Source of the DNA: Pseudomonadota bacterium
GTDB lineage: Bacteria; Bdellovibrionota_G; JALEGL01; DATDPG01
NCBI GenBank assembly: GCA_043804515.1
Contig: JAZDIZ010000026.1
Coordinates: 1-10,560 of the forward strand
DNA: 10,560 nucleotides
Reading direction: 5' to 3'
Part shown: in pieces, positions 1 to 6,713 of the stretch
Position numbering within the stretch: position 1 is the first letter of the stretch
Layout: every line of letters begins with the position of its first letter
Notes under the pieces: model-generated
What the model was told of the DNA's origin: nothing
Databases searched by the model: none
The model's input: only the letters and a program-made list of their open reading frames with translations
Program-made: the position numbers and the translations under genes

Positions 1-91
1 GGTCCATCGCCTTGATGGTTCCGTGCTCGATCGGAAGCGTGTATGACTTGCCCGTCCGGTGATCCGTAACCGTGATTGTGTTCTCCGCCAT
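1..91 (-). CDS. gltA: Probable citrate synthase, N-terminal 30 codons (continues off the left edge)
   Basis: Not in the ORF track. Reverse-strand translation from ATG at 91 gives MAENTITVTDHRTGKSYTLPIEHGTIKAMD, which resembles the 'TxTxTDNRTGKxYELPIxxGTIxAxDL' N-terminus of bacterial type II citrate synthases. SD AGGAGG at 101-96. Only 30 residues are visible. Confidence 0.8.
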   Translation of the reverse strand, partial: MAENTITVTDHRTGKSYTLPIEHGTIKAMD

Positions 92-139
92 GGTTCCTCC
101 TGCCGGGGAAAGCAAATTTATGCCTGATCCGACACGGAA

Positions 140-161
140 ATACGTGATTTAGATCAGTTAT
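140..161. promoter_or_regulatory. CRP/FNR-family-like binding site in the divergent gltA / malic enzyme intergenic region
   Basis: ATACGTGATTTAGATCAGTTAT matches the CRP consensus AAATGTGATCTAGATCACATTT at 16/22. Its core GTGAT-N4-ATCAG matches FNR TTGAT-N4-ATCAA at 8/10. Confidence 0.55.
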
Positions 162-178
162 GGGGGATTTCTGTAACG

Positions 179-184
179 CATAAT
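179..184 (+). promoter_or_regulatory. Putative sigma70 -10 element for the malic enzyme gene
   Basis: CATAAT (5/6 to TATAAT) with no good -35. The CRP/FNR-like site centre (150.5) falls near -40.5 from a predicted TSS at ~191. Confidence 0.45.
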
Positions 185-219
185 GTGGCGCCTGAAAAGC
201 CTTAAAGAGGAGAGATACA

Positions 220-1890
220 ATGTCCGACCCGGTCAGCCGCAGCAGGATATCTGAAAACACGCTTCGTCCCTCCCACACCGGGGTGGGCCTGCTCCACGAC
301 CCGCTTCTCAACAAAGGGACCGCGTTTACGGAGGAGGAACGCCGGAACCTGGGACTGGAAGGGTTGCTACCCCACCGCATTGCCACGATCCAGGAACAGA
401 CAACGCGCGTGATGGAGAATTTTCGGAATAAATCCAACGACATGGAGAAATACATCTTCATGATCAGTCTGCAGGACCGGAACGAGACGCTCTTCTACCG
501 CGTCGTTCTGGACTACATCGACGAGATGATGCCGATCATCTACACGCCCACGGTGGGGAGGGCGTGCCAGATGTACGGCCACATCCTGAGGCGCATGCGC
601 GGGATCTTCATTTCGAAATACCACCGCGGCCGGATCCGGGAGGTTCTGAAGAACTGGTCCTACCCGAACGTGCGGGTCATCGTCGTGACGGACGGCGAAC
701 GGATTCTGGGGCTCGGGGATCAGGGGGCCAGCGGGATGGGGATTCCCGTGGGGAAACTTTCGCTCTACACGGCTTGCGCGGGAGTCCGGCCGGAGTTCAC
801 GCTGCCGGTCACGCTCGACGTGGGGACGAACAACGAGGCGTTCCTCGAAGACCCGCTCTATCCGGGGATTCCGGAGCGGCGGATCTCGGGGGCCGAGTAC
901 GACTCCCTCATCGAGGAGTTCATCGAGGCCGCGCAGGAAGTGTTTCCGCGTGTCCTGGTCCAGTTCGAGGACTTCGCCAGCCACAATGCGTTCCGGCTTT
1001 TGGCGAAGTACCGGGACCGGATCTGCACGTTCAACGACGACATCCAGGGGACGGCTTCCGTCGTCCTGGCCGGGCTGTACTCGGCGTTGCGGGTTACGAA
1101 GAAGAAGCTGACGGATCAGAAAGTCCTGTTCTTCGGAGCCGGGGAGGCCGGCATCGGGACGGGGGACCTCCTGACGAGCGCGATGATGTCCGAAGGCGTC
1201 AAGCGCGAGGATGCCATGAAGCATTGCTGGTTCATGGACTCGAAAGGGCTGGTGGAGAGCACCCGCACGGATCTGGCGCCGCACAAAAGGCCGTATGCCC
1301 ACAATCATGAGCCGATCGCCGGTCTCAGGACGGCGATCCAGGTGCTCAAACCGACGATGCTGGTCGGCGCGTCGGGGCACGCCAGGCAGTTCACGAAGGA
1401 GATCGTCGAGGAGATGGCGAAGCTCAACGAGCGCCCGGTGATCTTCTCCCTCTCCAATCCCACGTCCAAATCGGAGTGCACGGCGGAGGAGGCCTTCACC
1501 TGGACGAAGGGGAAAGTCCTATTCGCGAGCGGGAGCCCGTTCGACCCCGTGATCGTGGACGGGAAGCGATACGTACCGGGGCAGGGGAACAACGCGTACA
1601 TCTTCCCGGGCGTCGGCCTGGGCGCGGTCGTATGCGGCGCGAAGCGCGTGACGGACGAGATGTTTTTCGAGGCGGCCAAGACGCTGGCGAAGACCGTGAC
1701 GGAGGAAGACCTGGCGACCGGGTGCCTGTTCCCGCCGCTCACGAAGATCCGGGACGTGTCGGCGCACATCGCGGCGGCCGTGGTGGAAGTGGCGCACAAG
1801 AGGGATCTGGCGACGCTGCCCAGGCCCAAAGACGTTCTCGCGCACGTGAAGGCCGAGCAATACCAGCCGGTATACAAGAAGTACGTCTGA
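220..1890 (+). CDS. maeA: Malic enzyme, large-subunit MaeA/SfcA and eukaryote-like type, 556 aa
   Basis: Motifs NKGTAF, PIIYTPTVG, VTDGERILGLGD, GIPVGKL, QFEDF, FNDDIQGTA, GAGEAGIG, LSNPT, GQGNNAYIFPG. SD GAGGAG at 207-212. No PTA domain, so not MaeB. Confidence 0.96.
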   Translation: MSDPVSRSRISENTLRPSHTGVGLLHDPLLNKGTAFTEEERRNLGLEGLLPHRIATIQEQTTRVMENFRNKSNDMEKYIFMISLQDRNETLFYRVVLDYIDEMMPIIYTPTVGRACQMYGHILRRMRGIFISKYHRGRIREVLKNWSYPNVRVIVVTDGERILGLGDQGASGMGIPVGKLSLYTACAGVRPEFTLPVTLDVGTNNEAFLEDPLYPGIPERRISGAEYDSLIEEFIEAAQEVFPRVLVQFEDFASHNAFRLLAKYRDRICTFNDDIQGTASVVLAGLYSALRVTKKKLTDQKVLFFGAGEAGIGTGDLLTSAMMSEGVKREDAMKHCWFMDSKGLVESTRTDLAPHKRPYAHNHEPIAGLRTAIQVLKPTMLVGASGHARQFTKEIVEEMAKLNERPVIFSLSNPTSKSECTAEEAFTWTKGKVLFASGSPFDPVIVDGKRYVPGQGNNAYIFPGVGLGAVVCGAKRVTDEMFFEAAKTLAKTVTEEDLATGCLFPPLTKIRDVSAHIAAAVVEVAHKRDLATLPRPKDVLAHVKAEQYQPVYKKYV

Positions 1891-1892
1891 CC

Positions 1893-1993
1893 CAAATGGG
1901 GACACGTACCAATTAGGAAATTGCCAACGAAACTAAGCTCATAATCCGGTTAAATTCCGCGGGGCTGCGAAATTCGTACGTGTCCCCAATTTG
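1893..1993. mobile_element. ~101 bp non-coding unit bounded by inverted repeats (MITE/REPIN-like)
   Basis: Left arm CAAATGGGGACACGTACCAATT (1893-1914). Right arm AATTCGTACGTGTCCCCAATTTG (1971-1993), reverse complement CAAATTGGGGACACGTACGAATT, differing by one mismatch and one indel. 56 bp interior, no target-site duplication visible. The repeats are directly seen; mobility is inferred. Confidence 0.6.
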
Positions 1994-2003
1994 CGTAAGC
2001 GCT

Positions 2004-2032
2004 TTCACATCGCAAGGTATTTGGGCTATCGT
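2004..2032 (+). promoter_or_regulatory. Putative sigma70 promoter for the guaC-like gene
   Basis: TTCACA (2004-2009), 17 bp spacer, TATCGT (2027-2032), ending 27 nt upstream of ATG 2060. Confidence 0.5.
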
Positions 2033-2059
2033 GCGGCGTTTTTACGAAAGGGAAGAGAA

Positions 2060-3067
2060 ATGATCGTGGAAGCCATTACGTATGACGACGTCATGTTGGT
2101 TCCGGCCTACAACCACTATGAATCGCGCCGGGTTGTGGACATTTCCATGGAGGACAAGCGGAAACGCTTCAAGCTCGAACTGCCCGTATTTTCCGCGAAC
2201 ATGGATACGATCACGGAAAGCGCCATGGCCAATTACATGGCCTCCAAGGGCGGCATGGGCGTGCTCCACCGGTTCATGACGATCGAAAAGAACGTGGAGG
2301 AGTTCAAGAAGTGCACGTCGCGCACGTTCGTCTCCGTCGGATGTTCGGAAAAGGAGTTCGAGCGGGCCGAGGCGCTCAAGGACGCCGGAGCCGAGTATTT
2401 CTGCGTGGACGTGGCGCACGCGCACGGGAAGTACGTCGGGAAGGCCTTCAAGAAACTTCGCGACCTTCTCCCGAACGCCTGCCTGATGGGCGGAAACGTG
2501 GCGACCTACGCCGGAGCGGACTATCTGGCGTCATGCGGGGCGGACCTCATCAAGGTGGGAATCGGCGGGGGATCGGTATGCACGACCCGGATCAAGACCG
2601 GGTTCGGCCTCCCGATGCTGACGTCCATCCAGCAATGCGCGAAGACGGCGCGGTCGATCGTGGCGGACGGCGGAATCCGGACGCCGGGGGACATCGTTAA
2701 AGCTCTCGCATTCGGAGCCGACTTCGTGATGGTGGGAGGGATGCTGGCCGGGACGCGGCCAACGCCGGGCGAGATCGTGGACCGGAACGAGCGCAAGGCG
2801 AAGCTGTTCCGCGGAATGGCGAGCCGTGAAGCTCAGGACGAATTCTCGGGCGGGATGACGGATTGGAAAACCTCCGAAGGCATCGCTCTCGAGGTTCCCT
2901 ATCGGGACGACGTGGATTCGGTCTTCGCCGACATCATAGGAGGACTCCGCTCCGGGCTGACGTACGGTGGGGCCAACACCATCCTGGAGCTCCAACGGAA
3001 GCTGGAGTACGTGCTGGTGTCGCCGGCCGGCAGGCTGGAAAGCCTTCCCCATAAAATCTTCGCGTGA
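2060..3067 (+). CDS. guaC: GMP reductase / IMP dehydrogenase family protein without CBS domains, 335 aa, probably a GMP reductase
   Basis: Motifs TYDDVMLVP, SANMDTIT, GVLHRF, VDVAHAH, GNVAT, KVGIGGGSVCTTR (catalytic Cys), ADGGIRTPGDIVKALAFGADFVMVGG, FRGMAS, GGLRSGLTYGG. Start moved from TTG 1991, which overlaps the repeat and promoter, to ATG 2060 with purine-rich GAAAGGGAAG upstream. Family is secure; guaC versus guaB is inference. Confidence 0.85.
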   Translation: MIVEAITYDDVMLVPAYNHYESRRVVDISMEDKRKRFKLELPVFSANMDTITESAMANYMASKGGMGVLHRFMTIEKNVEEFKKCTSRTFVSVGCSEKEFERAEALKDAGAEYFCVDVAHAHGKYVGKAFKKLRDLLPNACLMGGNVATYAGADYLASCGADLIKVGIGGGSVCTTRIKTGFGLPMLTSIQQCAKTARSIVADGGIRTPGDIVKALAFGADFVMVGGMLAGTRPTPGEIVDRNERKAKLFRGMASREAQDEFSGGMTDWKTSEGIALEVPYRDDVDSVFADIIGGLRSGLTYGGANTILELQRKLEYVLVSPAGRLESLPHKIFA

Positions 3068-3145
3068 ACGCCGTCGATCCGAGCGCCCGGCTTCCGGAGC
3101 CCCCGGTCGCGTTCCGGCGGCGAGGATGATAGCGTTTAAGGTTCC

Positions 3146-4171
3146 GTGAAGTACGACGCGATCATTCTGATCTCATTTGGAGGGCCGGAAGGGCCCCAAG
3201 AGGTGATTCCGTTTCTGGAAAACGTCCTGCGGGGGAAAAACGTTCCGGAGGGGCGGACGCTCGAAGTTGCGCAGCACTATCTCTCGTTCGGCGGCGTGAG
3301 TCCCCTGAATGCCCAGAACCGGGACTTAAAGGACCGCCTTGCGAAAGAGCTGGCCCGGAAGGGCCTCAAACTTCCCGTCTATTGGGGGAACCGCAATTGG
3401 AAGCCCTATATAAAGGACGCGCTCCTTGAGATGAAGAAGGACGGCGTGAAGCGGGCGTTGGCGTACGTCACGTTCGCGTACGCGTCGTATCCGGGCTGCC
3501 GGCAGTATCTGGAGGACATCGCCCGGGCCAGGGATGAAATCGGGGAGAAAGCTCCGCAGGTCGACAAGATCCGCACGTTTCACAACCATCCCCTGTTTAT
3601 CGAGGTGGCCTCCGAAAACGTCCGTTCGTGCCTGGATCGAATTCCCGCCAAGGAGCGGAAGGCGGCGGCGATTGCGTTTACGGCGCACAGCATTCCGCTG
3701 GCCATGAGCCAAAGCAGCGACTATCTGGTCCAACTGGAAGACACCTGCTCGCTGATCGCGGCGCACGTTCCGCATGAGAATTGGAAGCTCGTGTTCCAGA
3801 GCCGGAGCGGCCCTCCATCGCAGGCTTGGCTAGAGCCCGACATCCACAAGCACCTTGAAGAGCTGAGCCGCCTCGGCCTCAAGAACGTCGTGGTCGCACC
3901 CATGGGTTTTGTGGCCGACCATCTGGAAGTGATCTACGATTTGGACCGGCAGGCGAAAGAAGCCGCGGATCGCCTGGACCTTCGAATGTTCCGGGCCGCG
4001 ACGCCGGGGGCCAATCCCAAGTTCGTCGGGATGATCGTGGAGCTGATCGAGGAGAGACTGCACGACCAACCGATCCGCCGGTGCCTCGGAAAAATGGGCC
4101 CTGGATGGGACGTGTGTCCGCCGGGGTGCTGCGATTACTTGAAACCCCGCCCCGCGGCCGCCGCCGGATAA
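3146..4171 (+). CDS. hemH: Ferrochelatase (HemH/CpfC family, actinobacterial-like), 341 aa
   Basis: Motifs SFGGPE, PFLENV, HY..FGGVSP, YWGNRNW.P, SY.GCRQY, FTAHSIP, FQSRSGPP...WLEPD, P.GFVADHLEVIYDLD, RAATPG, and C-terminal CPPGCC. GTG start with a weak SD. Confidence 0.95.
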   Translation: MKYDAIILISFGGPEGPQEVIPFLENVLRGKNVPEGRTLEVAQHYLSFGGVSPLNAQNRDLKDRLAKELARKGLKLPVYWGNRNWKPYIKDALLEMKKDGVKRALAYVTFAYASYPGCRQYLEDIARARDEIGEKAPQVDKIRTFHNHPLFIEVASENVRSCLDRIPAKERKAAAIAFTAHSIPLAMSQSSDYLVQLEDTCSLIAAHVPHENWKLVFQSRSGPPSQAWLEPDIHKHLEELSRLGLKNVVVAPMGFVADHLEVIYDLDRQAKEAADRLDLRMFRAATPGANPKFVGMIVELIEERLHDQPIRRCLGKMGPGWDVCPPGCCDYLKPRPAAAAG

Positions 4172-4322
4172 TCGTTCGGGAGTTCCTTTCCCCGCACTTC
4201 ATAAAGACGTTGGTGGATGAGCAGCACCGCCCCTCCCACTATAAGAGATGAAACGTTGAGTTTGCGTCCGGGTCGGATGGCGTAGAAAATGGAGGGCCCG
4301 GATCACACGAAAGGGAAGCTTA

Positions 4323-5663
4323 ATGGATACTGCTGCGCTGAATCTTCACCGGTTTCACTTCGCGTTCACGGCGACGTATCACTATCTCTTCCCCCAGTTC
4401 ACGATGGGGCTCGCGCTCCTGATCGTCGTCCTCAAGACGCTGGGCCTGCGCGCGGGGGGCGATCTTTACAACCGGAGCGCGCGGTTTTGGGGGCGCATTT
4501 TCGGAATCAGCTTCGTGATGGGCGTCGTGACGGGCATTCCCATGGAGTTTCAGTTCGGGACGAATTGGGCGACGTTCTCCCGGGACGCGGGAGGCGTGAT
4601 CGGCCAGACGCTGGCCATGGAAGGCGTGTTCGCGTTCTTTCTGGAACCCAGCTTCCTGAGCCTCTTCTTGTTCGGCGAGAAGAAGCTCGGGCCCAGAGGG
4701 CATTGGTGGGCGGCGTTTCTGGTGTTCCTGGGCGCGTGGCTTTCGGGCTACTTCATCATTGCCGCGAATGCGTGGATGCAGCACCCCGTGGGATACCGCC
4801 TGGACGAGCACGGCAAGATCCTCCTGGAGAGCGTTTGGGCGCTGCTCTTGAATCCATGGGCGTTCTGGCAATACCTGCACAACATGAGCGGCGCCGTCAT
4901 CACCGGGAGTTTCGCCATGGCCGCCGTGGGCGCCTTTTATCTCCTTTCCGAAAGGAGCGCGGAATACGGGAAGGTCTTTGTCCGCATAGGCGTCATCGCG
5001 GGCCTAGTTTCGTCCTGCCTCCAGCTCTTTCCGACGGGAGACCGCCAGGCGGTCATGCTGGCCCGCTATCAGCCGGTGACTATCGCGGCGATAGAAGGAC
5101 TTTTCGTCACCAAGAAAGGCGCTCCGATCACACTGGTCGGCCAGCCGGACGTCGTGAATCAGAGGTTGGACAACCCGTTGTACATTCCGAAAATGCTGAG
5201 CTTTCTCGTGCATCGGGACTGGAACGCGGAGGTGAAAGGGCTGGACGCTTACCCGAAAGACCAGTGGCCGGACCAGATCCCGCTCCTTTATTACAGCTAC
5301 CATGCCATGATCGGGCTCGGCATGCTTTTCATAGCGATCCTCCTGGCGGCGGCGTGGCAGTTAATGAGGCGGCGGCTGTACTCATCCCGGAAGATGTTGT
5401 GGGTGCTCATGCTGGGCTTTCCGCTCCCGTTCGTTGCAAACACGGCGGGGTGGATGACCGCCGAGCTGGGGAGACAACCGTGGCTGATCTACGGCCTGTA
5501 CCGGACGGCCGGCGGGAGTTCGCAAGCGGTCTCGGGCGGGAACGTCCTCCTCACGCTGATCGGGTTCATGGGGATGTACGCGCTCCTGTCGGTTCTGTTT
5601 CTGTTCTTGACGGGGCGCGAGATTTCGATCGGCCCGGAGGGAGGAGCCACACATGCCGATTGA
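4323..5663 (+). CDS. cydA: Cytochrome bd quinol oxidase subunit I, short Q-loop, 446 aa
   Basis: HYLFP (His19 equivalent), GVVTGIPMEFQFGTNW, EGVFAFFLE (Glu99/Glu107), ANAWMQHP, YLHN (His186), HAMIGLG (Met393), GWMTAELGRQPW, and multiple hydrophobic helices. Confidence 0.96.
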   Translation: MDTAALNLHRFHFAFTATYHYLFPQFTMGLALLIVVLKTLGLRAGGDLYNRSARFWGRIFGISFVMGVVTGIPMEFQFGTNWATFSRDAGGVIGQTLAMEGVFAFFLEPSFLSLFLFGEKKLGPRGHWWAAFLVFLGAWLSGYFIIAANAWMQHPVGYRLDEHGKILLESVWALLLNPWAFWQYLHNMSGAVITGSFAMAAVGAFYLLSERSAEYGKVFVRIGVIAGLVSSCLQLFPTGDRQAVMLARYQPVTIAAIEGLFVTKKGAPITLVGQPDVVNQRLDNPLYIPKMLSFLVHRDWNAEVKGLDAYPKDQWPDQIPLLYYSYHAMIGLGMLFIAILLAAAWQLMRRRLYSSRKMLWVLMLGFPLPFVANTAGWMTAELGRQPWLIYGLYRTAGGSSQAVSGGNVLLTLIGFMGMYALLSVLFLFLTGREISIGPEGGATHAD

Positions 5664-6699
5664 AAACCTCTGGTTCGTTCTGGTCGCGTTCATGCTGGCG
5701 ATGTACGCCGTGTTCGACGGCTTCGATCTGGGCGTGGGGGCGTTGCACCTTTGGGTGGCGCGCTCCAACGGGGATCGAAAGATGACGATCCGCTCGATCG
5801 GGCCCGTCTGGGACGGGAACGAAGTCTGGCTCCTGGCCGCCGGCGGGACGCTTTATTTCGCCTTTCCCGGCCTTTATGCCTCGGGCTTCAGCGGCCTCTA
5901 CCTCGCCCTCATGTTGGTTCTCTGGCTGCTCATCCTGCGGGGCGTGGCCGTGGAATTCCGCAGCCACGTCATTCAACCGATCTGGATCCGTTTTTGGGAC
6001 GTGGTCTTCAGCCTGTCCAGCCTTCTCCTGGCGCTCTTCTTCGGTGTGGCGCTCGGAAACGTCGTGCGCGGCGTGCCTCTGGACGCGCACGGATGGTTTT
6101 TCGTTCCGCTCTGGACGGATTTCGACGTCGGGCCGAATCCCGGAATTCTGGATTGGTACACGGTTCTCGCGGGCCTGGCCGCTGTTGTGGCGGCGGTCCA
6201 TCACGCATCGCTTTGGCTGATTCTCAAGACGGAAGGCGCCGTGGAAGCCCGGGCACGTCAGGCCGCGGCATGGAGCTGGTGGGCCCTGATCACGACAGGG
6301 GCAGCTCTCACCGCCGCCACGTTTTACGTCCAGCCTCAGATCGTGGCGAACTTGCACGCATATCCGTGGGGAGCGGTATTTCCTCTCTGCGCGTTGGCCG
6401 CGCTCTTGGTTTCCAGAATTCTGGCCCATCGCGGGAAGGCGTCGGCGGCGTTTCTGGCTTCGTCGAAGTTTCTCGCGTTTTCGATCGCGAGTGCGGCCTT
6501 CGGAATTTATCCCATGGTTCTTCCCGCCAGCACGGGTGCCGACATGGCGCTGACCGTTCACAACGTGGCGGCGCCGGTCTACGGTTTGAAAGTGGGCCTC
6601 TATTGGTGGATTCCGGGGATGCTGCTGGTGACGGCGTATTTTGTGTACACGTACTGGAATTTCACGGGGAAGGTCCGTTCGGGGGAGCCGGGTTACTGA
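5653..6699 (+). CDS. cydB: Cytochrome bd quinol oxidase subunit II, 348 aa
   Basis: Motifs YAVFDGFDLGVG, IGPVWDGNEVWL, FAFP..YA..FSGLY, LILRGVAVEFR, GVALGNVVRGVP. Overlaps cydA by 11 nt. SD GAGGAG at 5641-5646. Confidence 0.96.
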   Translation: MPIENLWFVLVAFMLAMYAVFDGFDLGVGALHLWVARSNGDRKMTIRSIGPVWDGNEVWLLAAGGTLYFAFPGLYASGFSGLYLALMLVLWLLILRGVAVEFRSHVIQPIWIRFWDVVFSLSSLLLALFFGVALGNVVRGVPLDAHGWFFVPLWTDFDVGPNPGILDWYTVLAGLAAVVAAVHHASLWLILKTEGAVEARARQAAAWSWWALITTGAALTAATFYVQPQIVANLHAYPWGAVFPLCALAALLVSRILAHRGKASAAFLASSKFLAFSIASAAFGIYPMVLPASTGADMALTVHNVAAPVYGLKVGLYWWIPGMLLVTAYFVYTYWNFTGKVRSGEPGY

Positions 6700-6713
6700 C
6701 CGGGGAGGTTGCC

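Noticed and set aside
111..125. Sigma54-like motif AGGCATAAATTTGCT on the minus strand upstream of gltA
   Set aside because: GG-to-GC spacing is 9 nt rather than the required 10, and the implied TSS (~100) would fall within the SD.
367..1916. Long alternative-frame and antisense ORFs over the malic enzyme, and similar ones over other genes (e.g. 4289..5785, 5566..6561, 8656..9708, 9784..10395)
   Set aside because: Arg/Gly/Pro-rich shadow ORFs expected in GC-rich coding DNA, with no motifs and overlapping well-supported genes.
1896..1916. Peptide MGTRTN appearing in two track ORFs (end of 1476..1916, start of 9525..9926)
   Set aside because: It is simply the translation of the DNA repeat, not evidence of a shared protein.
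1921..1945. TTGCCA and CATAAT inside the element as an internal promoter
   Set aside because: Spacer is only 13 bp.
1893..1993. Repeat copies as a mini CRISPR array or integron attC site
   Set aside because: The adjacent copies are inverted rather than tandem direct repeats, there are no cas or integrase genes, and the ends lack the RYYYAAC/GTTRRRY pattern.
1991..2059. 23-residue N-terminal extension of the guaC-like ORF from TTG 1991
   Set aside because: It overlaps the repeat and the predicted promoter, has no SD, and family similarity begins after ATG 2060.
3069..3122. GC-rich imperfect hairpin after the guaC-like gene as a terminator
   Set aside because: Pairing is interrupted, there is no U-tract, and such pairing is expected by chance at this GC level.
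4172..4322. Riboswitch, hammerhead ribozyme or anti-SD (CCTTTC 4185-4190 with GAAAGG 4309-4314) upstream of cydA; weak promoter TTGCGT-17-GAAAAT
   Set aside because: No CUGANGA core or recognisable aptamer, the pairing is only 6 bp over ~120 nt, and the -10 lacks its first T. An Rfam search would settle the RNA question.
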